Shown piece after piece: positions 1 to 10,064 of a stretch of DNA of 41,663 nt. The position numbers and the translations under genes were made by a program. The notes under the pieces were generated by a model, which was not told the origin of the DNA, did no database searches, and saw nothing but the letters and a program-made list of their open reading frames with translations. The stretch is from a virus: UHGV virus genome UHGV-0121576; one strand, written 5' to 3'. Positions within the stretch are counted from its first letter, which is position 1. Every line of letters starts with the position of its first letter.

Positions 1-29
1 CTTTTTCTATGTCAATTTGCTAGAAATAT

Positions 30-54
30 GCAAAGCAATAATTATTAAGCAAAG
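30..54 (+). promoter_or_regulatory. Candidate SopA operator motifs (two GCAAAG hexamers, 30-35 and 49-54) upstream of sopA; region truncated by window edge
   Basis: F plasmid sop promoter carries repeated CTTTGC SopA-binding hexamers; two reverse-orientation copies seen 19 bp apart just upstream of the sopA start and RBS (GGAG at 64-67). Confidence 0.3.
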
Positions 55-75
55 TTATAAGCTGGAGATGACAGT

Positions 76-354
76 ATGTCCTTGAAAAAGTTATTACAAG
101 ATTGTGTTACGCGCGGTCAAGAAATGACCCAAGCAATTGCTATAGCTCAATTCGGTGATGATAGTCCTGAAGCTCGGCGTATCACGCGTAGATGGGGGAT
201 AACTGAAGTAGCAGATTTAATTGGTGTAACTCCTCAAGCAATAAGAGATGCTGAGAAGAACGGGCGTTTACCTGCACCTGACTTTGAAATGAGAGGAAGA
301 GTTGAACGTCGTGCCGGTTATACCATAGATCAGCCAGCTTCTCCAAATCAATAG
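76..354 (+). CDS. sopA: SopA/ParA N-terminal segment (HTH autoregulatory domain); reading frame breaks at about 334-346 relative to the ATPase segment
   Basis: Translation (AIAIAQFGDDSPEARRITRRW...AIRDAEKNGRLP...RGRVERRAGYTIDQ) matches the N-terminus of F SopA as I recall it; ORF stops at 352-354 and the homologous sequence continues in the +1 frame. Confidence 0.7.
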   Translation: MSLKKLLQDCVTRGQEMTQAIAIAQFGDDSPEARRITRRWGITEVADLIGVTPQAIRDAEKNGRLPAPDFEMRGRVERRAGYTIDQPASPNQ

Positions 355-355
355 T

Positions 356-1258
356 ATGCGAGCTGTTTTTGGCAACCCAAACCAACGGCCACAAGATAAA
401 AACCCAGTTGTGCTTGCTGTTATGTCACACAAAGGCGGCGTTTATAAAACATCGTCTGCAGTACATCAGGCACAATGGCTAGCATTACAAGGTCATCGTG
501 TTCTTTTAGTTGAAGGTAACGATCCTCAGGGAACAGCCTCCATGTATCACGGTTATGTACCTGATTTACATATACATGCCGAGGATACTTTACTGCCATT
601 TTACTTGGGCGAACGCGATAACGCTGAATATGCTATAAAACCAACATGCTGGCCTGGACTGGACATTATTCCTAGCTGCCTAGCTTTACACCGTATAGAA
701 ACAGATCTCATGCAATATCATGCTCAGGGTAAATTGCCTCACCCTCCTCACCTGATGCTACGCGCAGCTATAGAATCAGTTTGGGATAACTACGATGTTA
801 TCGTTATAGATAGTGCTCCAAACCTCGGTACAGGAACCATTAACGTTGTTTGCGCAGCTGACGTTATCGTTGTTGCTACCCCTGCAGAATTATTTGATTA
901 CGCCTCTGTTCTACAGTTTTTCACAATGCTTCTCGATCTCCTAGAAAGCGTTGACCTAGGCGGATTTGAGCCGACCGTTCGCTTGCTTCTGACTAAATAT
1001 AGTCTCACTACAGGAAATCAATCACGATGGATGGAAGAGCAAATAAGAAATACATGGGGATCAATGGTATTACGTCAGGTTGTACGCGTTACCGATGAAG
1101 TAGGTAAAGGTCAGATAAAAATGCGAACAGTATTTGAACAAGCGGCAAACCAGCGTTCAACACTTAATGCATGGAGAAATGCCGTCTCTATATGGGACCC
1201 TGTTTGTCGAGAAATTTTTGATGATCTAATAAAACCTCGCTGGGAGAACGAAGAATGA
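356..1258 (+). CDS. sopA: SopA/ParA partition ATPase (Walker-type), C-terminal 300 aa
   Basis: KGGVYKTS Walker A motif, LLVEGNDPQGTASMYHG and IPSCLALHRIE blocks nearly identical to F SopA; stop overlaps sopB start (ATGA at 1255-1258). Confidence 0.9.
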   Translation: MRAVFGNPNQRPQDKNPVVLAVMSHKGGVYKTSSAVHQAQWLALQGHRVLLVEGNDPQGTASMYHGYVPDLHIHAEDTLLPFYLGERDNAEYAIKPTCWPGLDIIPSCLALHRIETDLMQYHAQGKLPHPPHLMLRAAIESVWDNYDVIVIDSAPNLGTGTINVVCAADVIVVATPAELFDYASVLQFFTMLLDLLESVDLGGFEPTVRLLLTKYSLTTGNQSRWMEEQIRNTWGSMVLRQVVRVTDEVGKGQIKMRTVFEQAANQRSTLNAWRNAVSIWDPVCREIFDDLIKPRWENEE

Positions 1259-2244
1259 AACAACGCTCTCTTCTAAAAAATGCTCCGGATATTAATCGCA
1301 TTATGAGTAATAATCATCATGCACCTGAACATCAGCCGGTATCACCTATGGTTGGTGATTTAAAACGTCAACTGAGTTCATTAACCGGTAATAGCATAAC
1401 TTTGCCAGTATGCGGACGTAATGTTAACTTTAAGTTAGAGACGATCCCCGCAGATAAAGTAGAAATGGCAACAATGGTATGGCTAGGTAATGAGCGTGAT
1501 CAAGATTTATTAAATGAATCTTCTCTAGCTGATTTAATTCCATCTTTTCTAACTTCTGGGCAACAAAATCCGGCTTTCGCAAGAAAAGTGTCAGGTATTG
1601 TTGAAGTAGCTGATGGTTCTCGAAGACGTAAAGCAGCCATTATAACTGGATGCGATTATCGTGTTCTTATTGGCGATTTAGATGATGAACAAATGCAATG
1701 GTTATCGCAGATAGGCAACGACTATAGACCTATCAGCGCCTATGAAAGGGGGAAAAGATACCTGCGAAGGCTCCATGAATTTGACGGTAACGTAAAATCT
1801 TTAGCTGAAGCCGAAGGCGTGGATAGAAATATTATCAGCCGATGTATTAATACAGCCGGTTTACCTAAAGATATATTGGCAATATTTAACCATCCTGGTG
1901 AGTTATCAGCCAGAGCAGGAGACGCTCTTTTTAAAGCATATCAGGGACAGGAAGCAGCCATGAAAAATGCTGCATCTCAGTTGCTGAGGATGAAAAAATC
2001 AGGTGAAAGTTTAGATGCGCAAAGAATAATACAGGCTCTTCATGATTTCATTATTGTTGAGAAAAACAATTCACATGGAGAGAAAAGGGAAAAGAAATAT
2101 GGAGACGGTGTTGTGGCGAAATATGGGAAAAATTTCACAACATTAAAATTAGATAACAGAAAAATACCATCGCACCTAATGAGTAAAATTGAATCTATTC
2201 TTGAGGAGGCGTTTGGAAATTCTTCCGATGTAAAAAATAACTAA
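1255..2244 (+). CDS. sopB: SopB/ParB centromere-binding partition protein
   Basis: ITLPVCGR, SGNERDQ, DLIPSF, ADGSRRRKAA, GNDYRP SAYERG, HPGELSARAGDAL blocks match F SopB; translationally coupled to sopA. Confidence 0.9.
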   Translation: MKQRSLLKNAPDINRIMSNNHHAPEHQPVSPMVGDLKRQLSSLTGNSITLPVCGRNVNFKLETIPADKVEMATMVWLGNERDQDLLNESSLADLIPSFLTSGQQNPAFARKVSGIVEVADGSRRRKAAIITGCDYRVLIGDLDDEQMQWLSQIGNDYRPISAYERGKRYLRRLHEFDGNVKSLAEAEGVDRNIISRCINTAGLPKDILAIFNHPGELSARAGDALFKAYQGQEAAMKNAASQLLRMKKSGESLDAQRIIQALHDFIIVEKNNSHGEKREKKYGDGVVAKYGKNFTTLKLDNRKIPSHLMSKIESILEEAFGNSSDVKNN

Positions 2245-2261
2245 TAGCAGAAAATAGAATA

Positions 2262-2297
2262 GACCCCATCAGTTATAGATGGGGTCTTAATTTTATT
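2262..2297. terminator. Bidirectional intrinsic terminator between convergent sopB and the 95-aa membrane-protein gene
   Basis: 9-bp inverted repeat GACCCCATC (2262-2270) / GATGGGGTC (2278-2286) with 7-nt loop, followed by T-rich tract. Confidence 0.5.
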
Positions 2298-2580
2298 CAA
2301 AAAATATAAATACAAGTAAACACGCCACCACCGGCACAGCAAAATCCATCAGGCTTGCTACATCCCAAGCGCGCGGATCAAAACCGCCCCACCACGGCAT
2401 ATTCATACGCTTGCCATGCCCGAACATTTCAATCCAGCGATATTCTGCCTGGGTGTGTTCACGCGCAATGAAGAACGTACAACCAGCTATCGCCCCGTAA
2501 GCCCAGTTTCCGGTAAAAAGACCAACCAGTACCTGCGCAGCCACAGCACAAAGTGCATGAAGGAAAGGTGTTATATCCAT
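2293..2580 (-). CDS. Small hydrophobic membrane protein, function unknown
   Basis: 95-aa ORF with two hydrophobic segments (AVAAQVLVGLF, VPVVACLLVFIFF); last gene after the tail-fibre cluster. Confidence 0.45.
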   Translation of the reverse strand: MDITPFLHALCAVAAQVLVGLFTGNWAYGAIAGCTFFIAREHTQAEYRWIEMFGHGKRMNMPWWGGFDPRAWDVASLMDFAVPVVACLLVFIFFE

Positions 2581-2590
2581 TACGCCTCCT

Positions 2591-3295
2591 TTATCCGATA
2601 TCGCTTCGGGAAACGGATAACAACTTTAATTCTGACTCAAGTTCATCAACTCTTTCAGTCAGCTTCTGGATATGGTGAATCAGTGGAACAACCAGACGTT
2701 CGTACATTACACCTTCGGCAACAAGGCCATTGCTGGAAATAGCTTCCGGTGCATCATCTTCGTTAGCTGGTCGCCAGTGTACAAACTGAGGGGCAATTTC
2801 TCCTACTTCCTCGGCAATCAATCCGTAGAATCCCCAGTCACGCCTGTCATTTTCGCATTGCGACCTGTACCACACAGGGCGCATCTTGAAAATGAGATCG
2901 GCGTGCTCTGAATCTATTGTCTCTACTGAATGTTTATAGCGGATAGACGATGTTGACCGCAGAACAGACGAAATTGCGGGGTCAGGATTAAGATAAAGGT
3001 TTGCCGCCGCTGTAGTCGTGGCCAAATTCCATAAATAAAACGCTTCACGACCTGTCAGTGGATAAAAATCTCCGCCATAACGACCACTTTCCAGATCGTT
3101 CACTTCCACTTTGTTTTTCAGCTTATTATCAACTTCAGTTTTTGTGTATCTGGTGCTGATATCCTGCTTTGCACTGGTCATATCAGTCTGAAGCGTTGAT
3201 ACTTTTCCGTTAATTGAGGAAATATCTTCCTTAGTTTTACTGACATCTCCCTTTAGCGTTTTGATGTCATCAGGAATTACTGTCGATGTAGCCAT
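2591..3295 (-). CDS. Tail-fibre-associated protein with C-terminal intramolecular-chaperone-like (peptidase S74-like) motif
   Basis: C-terminus DWGFYGLIAEEVGEIAPQFVHW...GLVAEGVMYERLVVPLIHHIQKLTERVDELESELKLL resembles the autoproteolytic chaperone domain of phage fibres and spikes; N-terminal half is coiled-coil-like; motif recalled from memory. Confidence 0.45.
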   Translation of the reverse strand: MATSTVIPDDIKTLKGDVSKTKEDISSINGKVSTLQTDMTSAKQDISTRYTKTEVDNKLKNKVEVNDLESGRYGGDFYPLTGREAFYLWNLATTTAAANLYLNPDPAISSVLRSTSSIRYKHSVETIDSEHADLIFKMRPVWYRSQCENDRRDWGFYGLIAEEVGEIAPQFVHWRPANEDDAPEAISSNGLVAEGVMYERLVVPLIHHIQKLTERVDELESELKLLSVSRSDIG

Positions 3296-3304
3296 TTTTC
3301 TTCC

Positions 3305-3586
3305 TCACATCCAGCCACGAAGTTGATGCTCAACAGCAACCACGTATTCATCGAATATTGACGGTGTTTTCACATCATTAATGATGCGCACGTTTACAAA
3401 ATATCCGTCTTCCTTAACACATAGCGGCTCGCCATCTTCATTCAGTTCTCCGGTTTCTTTGTACACGTTACCTATCACATCAATGAGAACATTGTTCTGC
3501 ATTACCTCGTCATCTTCATAACCAATGCTATCCATAAAGGCCGAAAAGTCGGCCTTGTTTATGAATTTGAGGGTTAAGTCTCGCAT
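3305..3586 (-). CDS. Hypothetical protein downstream of stf (possible fibre assembly factor)
   Basis: 93-aa acidic ORF; start overlaps the stf stop; no recognisable motif. Confidence 0.4.
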   Translation of the reverse strand: MRDLTLKFINKADFSAFMDSIGYEDDEVMQNNVLIDVIGNVYKETGELNEDGEPLCVKEDGYFVNVRIINDVKTPSIFDEYVVAVEHQLRGWM

Positions 3587-5799
3587 TATATTCTTTCTCC
3601 CATTTGTGCATCTGTCAGTTCCTTATGCCAGATACGTAAATTGCGCACGTGTCCAAATAAATGCCTGTTACCTGATATTGATTGACCGCCTATATTTATT
3701 GGCCCTTCTGTATAACGTTGTCTTGTGTGTTGTGATACACCAACAGCGCCAAAGTTACCGTTTATAACAGCACGCAATTCTTTCTGCTCTGTAAACTTAA
3801 ACCCAGCAATAAACCTGCGGGTTGTCCTGTTACAGTAGGCTTTATACTCGGTCTTTGTTCCTTTTCCGTTAGTTATAATTGAGCGCGCGCCTCCAGAGGT
3901 AAAACCAAAATACATATAACTTTCATCAGCAACATCCGTTGTTGCGCCAGTTATTGACACGTTAAGAAGCCTTGCTGAACCTTCACTGTTTGGCATTTTG
4001 TCCCAGTTGATATTAACTTCCATAAGAACGCTTAACGGAGGTGTTGACCAGTTCAGTCTTATTGGCATTATTACCACGTCACTAGCCCGTGTAACTGCCA
4101 CATCTGATGTAACGATAAATGATGATGCACACGATCCTTTTTCAAATTGCGGCGTAGTAAACATTATCTGATCGCCTTTTTTGATCGCCCTTTTATCTGC
4201 TCCCATTTCAAAGCGCCCATACATGCTTTTTGCTTCTGGTGATTTATATGTAAATTCGACGCGTAACCATCCGTTAGCTTCTCTGTATATGACATGATTT
4301 ACAGCATCCCCACCAGAAAAACCTAAAACATCACCAGTTTCGCAATCTATGTAGGAACCAGCTACCAGCGTGTTGCTTGTGCCGTCATCGTTAACGAAAG
4401 ATATTCTGGGTCTTAACGTTATAATACCTTCTCCATTTATCTTCTTAACCCTACAGGACAAAGTAACAGATTCATTTGCAGCAACATCAATAACCCTACT
4501 GTATCCAGTAGATATTATCGTCGCCCTTTCAGTGGTTGATGTTTCCTTTACATCGAACAAACCATATTTAAAACCATATTCATCAACCGATGTGGTTATT
4601 TCTATATTCTTGTCGTCATAATTCCATAATGAAGGATTGTTACTATTAGTAAATGTATTTGTCCTCTGACCTTCAATTAATAAACCTTCCTTTTCAAAGC
4701 GCGGCTCGTTAATTTCTGCAAAAGCAAATGAACCTGATTTGTTTATATACGTTGCAGAAGTGGAGCGAGTGAAAGATACAACCTTCTCTGATGGAAAAGT
4801 AATAACATCATCACCGATAGTGACTTTTTTATAACCTGGGGCGAAACCAGTAATCATTTCCAGTGAATCGTTAAACGGTATCCACACATCAGGCAACGGC
4901 TGCAAAACTTGTTTATACGGCTCCGCTGCCTGGCTTGCATACTCTCTGGCTGCGTCTTCACTTGCTTTAGCTGCTGTCTGGCTTGCCGCCGATGCTTGCG
5001 CCGAGTTAGCCGCCGCAGTCTCGCTCGCCTTTGCGTTGGTTTCACTGGTTTTTGCAGCTTTTTGACTGTTTGCTGATGCAGTGGCAGAAGCAGCCGCCGC
5101 ACTTGCAGAACCAGCTGCGGCACTCTCGCTTTCAGCTGCTGCATCCTGACTGCTTTTCGCCGCAGTTTCGCTGGCTTTGGCATTCGTTTCGCTGGTCTTC
5201 GCTGCCGTCTGGCTGGACTTTGCGTTGGTTTCGCTCGTCTTTGCGGCTGTCTCGCTGTTTTTCGCGTTGGTTTCTGATTTTTTGGCTGCTGTCGCGGAGT
5301 TTGCCGATGCAGTCTGCGAGGTCGCTGCCGCCTGTGCGCTGTTAGCTGCATTCGTTTCTGAGGTTTTCGCCGCGTTCTTCGATGAAGCCGCTGCAGTTTC
5401 GGATTTCTTTGCCGCCGCTGCGCTCTGAGAGGCGGCTTCGGCGTTGCGTGCCGCTTCTTCCACCATTGCCTCAAAACGGCGCAATGCCTCCGGCATGACA
5501 TCATCTTCCGTCATGGCACCGAGAAAATCATTCAGCGTACCTGGTCTGGAACCTTCATAGACGGTAATGGTCCCGGCATGTGAAGGCGGAAAACCTTCAA
5601 CCAGCAGGGTGACGCTGTACTGGCCATACTCAACATCCATGCTGTAACGTCCGGCTTCATCCGGATTTTCAGAAGCCACCGTGTTCACCAGTACCGTGGT
5701 GCTGTTACGCTTTGCCTTCAGTTGAATAGTGCAGTTCTGTATTGGTTTTCCCGCACCATCTTTCAGCACACCTGAGATTTTTACTGCTGCCATATCCAC
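3586..5799 (-). CDS. stf: Side tail fibre protein
   Basis: N-terminus VKISGVLKDGAGKPIQNCTIQLKAKRNSTT...GRYSMDVEYGQYSV matches lambda Stf; long Ala/Ser/Thr collagen-like repeat region; C-terminal 400 aa unlike lambda. Confidence 0.85.
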   Translation of the reverse strand: MDMAAVKISGVLKDGAGKPIQNCTIQLKAKRNSTTVLVNTVASENPDEAGRYSMDVEYGQYSVTLLVEGFPPSHAGTITVYEGSRPGTLNDFLGAMTEDDVMPEALRRFEAMVEEAARNAEAASQSAAAAKKSETAAASSKNAAKTSETNAANSAQAAATSQTASANSATAAKKSETNAKNSETAAKTSETNAKSSQTAAKTSETNAKASETAAKSSQDAAAESESAAAGSASAAAASATASANSQKAAKTSETNAKASETAAANSAQASAASQTAAKASEDAAREYASQAAEPYKQVLQPLPDVWIPFNDSLEMITGFAPGYKKVTIGDDVITFPSEKVVSFTRSTSATYINKSGSFAFAEINEPRFEKEGLLIEGQRTNTFTNSNNPSLWNYDDKNIEITTSVDEYGFKYGLFDVKETSTTERATIISTGYSRVIDVAANESVTLSCRVKKINGEGIITLRPRISFVNDDGTSNTLVAGSYIDCETGDVLGFSGGDAVNHVIYREANGWLRVEFTYKSPEAKSMYGRFEMGADKRAIKKGDQIMFTTPQFEKGSCASSFIVTSDVAVTRASDVVIMPIRLNWSTPPLSVLMEVNINWDKMPNSEGSARLLNVSITGATTDVADESYMYFGFTSGGARSIITNGKGTKTEYKAYCNRTTRRFIAGFKFTEQKELRAVINGNFGAVGVSQHTRQRYTEGPINIGGQSISGNRHLFGHVRNLRIWHKELTDAQMGERI
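4930..5470 (-). repeat. Intragenic tandem repeats in stf encoding a collagen-like AAKTSETNAK-type motif
   Basis: Visibly periodic DNA (gcggtctcgctggctttggcattcgtttcgctggtcttcgc...) and repeated peptide units; produces long spurious ORFs in other frames. Confidence 0.6.
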
Positions 5800-5802
5800 T
5801 CC

Positions 5803-5830
5803 ACAAAAAAGCCCGCCTGAACCGGCGGGC
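5803..5830 (-). terminator. Intrinsic terminator downstream of lom
   Basis: On the minus strand GCCCGCC-loop-GGCGGGC stem followed by TTTTTT. Confidence 0.55.
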
Positions 5831-5857
5831 TGTCATAACACTGTGTTACCTGGCTAA

Positions 5858-6457
5858 TCAGAATTTATAACCGACACCCACGATGAAACCGTCAGTGCGC
5901 CAGTCGCCACTGCCGGAGCCTTCATAAGCAATATCAATGGCCACGGATTCGGTCGGGTTAAACTGCACGCCAGCTCCCCACGCCAGAGACGTGTTGCTGT
6001 GGCGATCGTCATCACTTCCGGTCAGCACATCGTGCGTTTTCCCCTTGTTGTCAGTTACGCGGAGATAATCCCCGGAGAACGTCGAAACACGGCTGTAAGC
6101 CACACCTGCCATCGCATAAGCACTGAACCATTCATTCACGCGTACAGATGGCCCCGCCATCATGCTGAACCAGCGGTTACGCACTGAATCTTCATGCCAG
6201 CGGGTATCGCTGTAATGCGTTTTTTGCTCATCTTTGGCATTGGCATAACTGAATGACGTCACCAGCCCCAGCGTGTCCGTAAATTCATAACGGTATTTCA
6301 CGTTAATGCCCTTCAGGTCATCACTGCCTGGCATATCAGTATGGGCCTGAAGATACCCGGCGCTTAGTGTGGACTGATGCTCTGCTGCGCTCGCTGGCGT
6401 ACCAGCGGCAACCAGCCAGACTACTGCGGACAGAATAACAGCACATAATTTACGCAT
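5858..6457 (-). CDS. lom: Lom/Ail-family outer-membrane beta-barrel protein
   Basis: Signal peptide MRKLCAVILSAVVWLVAAGTPASA, C-terminal aromatic residue (YKF), size and position as lambda lom. Confidence 0.85.
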   Translation of the reverse strand: MRKLCAVILSAVVWLVAAGTPASAAEHQSTLSAGYLQAHTDMPGSDDLKGINVKYRYEFTDTLGLVTSFSYANAKDEQKTHYSDTRWHEDSVRNRWFSMMAGPSVRVNEWFSAYAMAGVAYSRVSTFSGDYLRVTDNKGKTHDVLTGSDDDRHSNTSLAWGAGVQFNPTESVAIDIAYEGSGSGDWRTDGFIVGVGYKF

Positions 6458-6478
6458 AATTACCTCTCGCTTTTCTGC

Positions 6479-6505
6479 AATAAAAAAGGCGTCATTTCTG
6501 ACGCC
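6479..6505 (-). terminator. Intrinsic terminator between J and lom
   Basis: Minus strand GGCGTCA-GAAA-TGACGCC hairpin followed by a run of 7 T. Confidence 0.5.
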
Positions 6506-6524
6506 CGTATTGGGGTTATAAAAT

Positions 6525-9500
6525 TCAGCTGATACTGATGCCTGCGGTGGCTTTCTTCATCACCACAACCAGCAAATCGCTGATACTTGCTGTGGGATAC
6601 CAGCCATTTACCCACCATGCTGATACCGAAAACTCCAGTGTCATTACGCCACTGCCTGCAGGCATATCAATAACACCCGTGTAAATCAGAGTATTATCCA
6701 GAGCCGTTCGGTTATAAATTTCAGCCCCGTTTTTCTTCACTATCAGGCGGCATGACGAATAAGTATCGCTATTCTCCCGTTCATGTCTGGCACCGCTGAA
6801 AGCCACCGCTGGAATAACAATTTGCCGGTCAAACGGCTGATCGTCATAAACCCTGACGGTAATGGTCCCTGATGGCCACCGTTCCGGTGCACGGGAGTCC
6901 CGGGGGAAAGCTTTGCCCACCGTTTTAACAATATCGCCTTCAATCTGGTTGGCTGACAGTTTTCCCAGAATCCGGCAGTTCTGATTAATCGTGACATTGT
7001 TGAGCGTCCCGGAGTTCGCATTCACGTTACCGCTGATATCTGCATTTTTCGCCGTCAGCCGCCCGTCCGGTGTCAGGGAAAATGCCGGAGGATTACCGCC
7101 GCTGGTAATGGTGGGAGCCGTCAGGTATTTCAGGAACACTTCGTTCATGAATATCTGATCGCCCTGACCAACAAACATCGGCTTTGTGTTGCCATTCGCA
7201 GGATTAATCATCGCAATCCTGTCTGCCGCCAGCAGCACCTGACTCTGCATACCGTCGGGGGTGTTCTCAATACCGGCACCGATACCCGCGATATAAAGGC
7301 GTCCGTCCTGCATCTGCTGCAGCTTCACAGCCCACATGCTGTTCAGGTTATTATTTGTATCAACCTGAACCTTCTGTATCTGCTGGATCGCTGCACTCTG
7401 GTCTTCCAGTTTCTTATTGACGGTCTGCGTGATTTCATTACTGACATCCGTGATGGACGTTCTGATTTCCGCCAGGTCAGGCGCAAGCTGACCGTTATCA
7501 ATCTGCGTCCACAACTCCTGAGCCAGATGGGTTTTCCCTATCTCTCCTTTGAAAAAATCCAGATAGCCGGATGCATCATCACTCGGCTGGCCAACAGCCT
7601 CCACGAATGCCGATTTGCCAACGGTGTTCACACTGCGGATGTAAAAATAATAATCATGGCCCGGCTTGATATTGATACTGGCAGCTATCCAGTACAGCGC
7701 CGTGCCAAGATAGCGGGCTGTGGTTTCAACCTGCCTGATATCCGCAATCCGCTTTTCTGAGAACCAGAACTCAAACTGTACCGTCGGATCATAAACCGCA
7801 AGATGCGGCGTGGCGGTTATCTGAAAATAGCCCGGCGTCAGCTTAATCCTCGACGGTGCTGCCGGTGCGGCAATCCGGAACGATACCGACGCCGGATCGC
7901 CCTGCTGCCCCCACGCATTTACCGCCCGGACTGTCAGCCTGTAATTTCCCAGCGCCAGTTGCCTGAAGCGGTATGTGGTTTCCGTCGTCCGGGCCGTGCT
8001 GACCAGCCGCTCACTGCCGTCATCCGCTGCCACGGTCAGGCGAAGCAGGAAGCTCACGCCCTTCACCACCTTCGGCGTGTCCCAGCGCGCCAGCACCTGA
8101 TATTCCCCGCTGTCTGCGGTGACTTCGGCGGTCAGGTGCTGCACCGCTGGCGGCGTGACACCGTTCACCGTTCCGCTCTGGTCGCCGTCAAAGTGCGCCC
8201 CGTTATCCACGATGGCTTCTTTCTCCGGCACATGCTGCACGGCAGTGATGGCATACGTGCCGTCATCGTTCTCACGGATACTCACACAGCGGAACAGGCG
8301 CTGGCGCAGCGTCGGCAGCTTCAGCCCCCATACGCTGTATTCGGCAACACCGTCAGGAACACGGCTCACTTTTACCTTCACGCCGTCGGTGACGGACTGA
8401 ACCTCCACGCTGACCGGATTGCCACTTCCGTCAACCAGGCTTATCAGCGTGGTACCGGAGGATGGCAGCGTGATTTCACGGTCGAGCGTCAGCGTCCGGG
8501 TCTGGCTGTTCACCGCCAGCACGCGACCACCGATGCTGATACCGGCATAGTCATCATCACAGATTTCAATGACATCGCCCGGTACATGGCGAAGCCCTTC
8601 GGCACCCACGCTGAAGTCCACGGTCTGCGTTTCCAGCAGTTCCGTTTTAATCAGCCACAGCCCGGCGCGGTGTGCCTGCCCCCGGCTGGTACAGCCAAAG
8701 GCATCCATCTTCGTGACGTTACGACCGTAACGGAGAATGGCCTGCGTATCTTCAACAAGCTCTGTCGCCGTCTCCCAGCCGTTATCCGGGTCAATCCAGT
8801 TCACCTCAACGGCATTATGGCGGTCCTTCAGGGCGCTGAAGCTGTAGCGGAACGGCGCGCCATCATCCGGCATCACCACATTACTGTGGTTATAGGTCCA
8901 CACCTTATCCGACGGTCGGTCCTGCACGAACGTCAGCGTCTGCCCGTTCCATACCGGCATACAGCGCATCGCCGAACAGAAATCACTGAGCACATCCCAC
9001 GCCTTACGCTGTGTGGTCAGGTAAGCGTTACAGGTGATGCGCGGCTCCGTGCCACCAAAGCCATCCGGCACCGACTGGTCGCAATTCTGGCCGATGACAT
9101 ACAGCGCCCATTTGTCCACATCCGCCGCACCAAGACGTTTCCCCATGCCGTAGCGCGGGTGGGTCAGCATATCCCACAGACACCAGGCCATGTTGTTGCT
9201 GTATGCCGGTTTAAACGTCCCGTCCCAGATACCGCTGTATTGCCGCGTCTGCGGGTTATAGTTCGATGGCACCTGCAGAATGCGCCCGCGAAGATGATAA
9301 TTACGGCTCACCTGCTGGCTGCCGAACTGTTCCGAGTCCACCTGCACGCCGACCAGTGCCGTGTTCGGGTAGCACTGTTTCACATCGATGATTTCAGTGT
9401 ATGACGACCAGAGCGTTTTGTTCTGCAGCTGGTCTGTGGTGCTGTCCGGCGTCATCCTGCGCATCCGGATATTAAACGGGCGCGGCGGCAGGTTACCCAC

Positions 9501-10004
9501 CACCACCGAGGCCAGATACTGCGAGGTGGTTTTGCCCTTAATGGTGATGTCTTTTTCCGTCACCCAGCCACCGTTACGTTGTATCTGAACCAGCAGGCGG
9601 ACTTCCGACGGATTCCTGTCACCCTTTGAGGTGGTTTCCACCAGTGCCTGCACACCGAAGGTAAAGCGCAGACGGTCGATGTTTGCAGACGTGATGGTCC
9701 GGGTGATCGGCGTGTCGTATTTCACTTCCGTACCCAGCACCGTCTCGGAACCGGAGGATTCAAATCCCTCCGGCGGTGTCTGCTCCTGCTCACCTGCCCG
9801 GAACACCACCGTGACACCGGAGATGTTGGTATTCCCCTCACTGTCCAGCACCGGTGTACTGTTCAGCAGCACGCTTTTTAATCCATCCACCGGACCTTCT
9901 ATCGGCCCTTCGCTGATGGCATCGATCACACTCAGTAACTGCGTGGATTTCAGGTTGTCCTTCGCTTCGCGCGGGGTATGCCCCTTACTGCTGCCTTTAC
10001 CCAT
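6525..10004 (-). CDS. J: Tail tip / host-specificity protein J
   Basis: 1159 aa; N-terminus [37 protein letters not shown] is the lambda J start; synteny after I. Confidence 0.9.
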   Translation of the reverse strand: MGKGSSKGHTPREAKDNLKSTQLLSVIDAISEGPIEGPVDGLKSVLLNSTPVLDSEGNTNISGVTVVFRAGEQEQTPPEGFESSGSETVLGTEVKYDTPITRTITSANIDRLRFTFGVQALVETTSKGDRNPSEVRLLVQIQRNGGWVTEKDITIKGKTTSQYLASVVVGNLPPRPFNIRMRRMTPDSTTDQLQNKTLWSSYTEIIDVKQCYPNTALVGVQVDSEQFGSQQVSRNYHLRGRILQVPSNYNPQTRQYSGIWDGTFKPAYSNNMAWCLWDMLTHPRYGMGKRLGAADVDKWALYVIGQNCDQSVPDGFGGTEPRITCNAYLTTQRKAWDVLSDFCSAMRCMPVWNGQTLTFVQDRPSDKVWTYNHSNVVMPDDGAPFRYSFSALKDRHNAVEVNWIDPDNGWETATELVEDTQAILRYGRNVTKMDAFGCTSRGQAHRAGLWLIKTELLETQTVDFSVGAEGLRHVPGDVIEICDDDYAGISIGGRVLAVNSQTRTLTLDREITLPSSGTTLISLVDGSGNPVSVEVQSVTDGVKVKVSRVPDGVAEYSVWGLKLPTLRQRLFRCVSIRENDDGTYAITAVQHVPEKEAIVDNGAHFDGDQSGTVNGVTPPAVQHLTAEVTADSGEYQVLARWDTPKVVKGVSFLLRLTVAADDGSERLVSTARTTETTYRFRQLALGNYRLTVRAVNAWGQQGDPASVSFRIAAPAAPSRIKLTPGYFQITATPHLAVYDPTVQFEFWFSEKRIADIRQVETTARYLGTALYWIAASINIKPGHDYYFYIRSVNTVGKSAFVEAVGQPSDDASGYLDFFKGEIGKTHLAQELWTQIDNGQLAPDLAEIRTSITDVSNEITQTVNKKLEDQSAAIQQIQKVQVDTNNNLNSMWAVKLQQMQDGRLYIAGIGAGIENTPDGMQSQVLLAADRIAMINPANGNTKPMFVGQGDQIFMNEVFLKYLTAPTITSGGNPPAFSLTPDGRLTAKNADISGNVNANSGTLNNVTINQNCRILGKLSANQIEGDIVKTVGKAFPRDSRAPERWPSGTITVRVYDDQPFDRQIVIPAVAFSGARHERENSDTYSSCRLIVKKNGAEIYNRTALDNTLIYTGVIDMPAGSGVMTLEFSVSAWWVNGWYPTASISDLLVVVMKKATAGISIS

Positions 10005-10064
10005 TCGTCATGCTCCATAAACGACAAAACCGCCCGCAGGCGGTTTCACATAAAACATTTTGCA

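Noticed and set aside
4854-5504. 216-aa Arg-rich ORF and other long ORFs overlapping stf
   Set aside because: Alternate-frame readings of the collagen-like tandem repeats; no RBS, extreme composition
7803-9404. 533-aa plus-strand ORF antisense to J
   Set aside because: Lies entirely within the well-supported J gene on the opposite strand; Arg/Pro/His-rich low-complexity translation typical of GC-rich antisense frames
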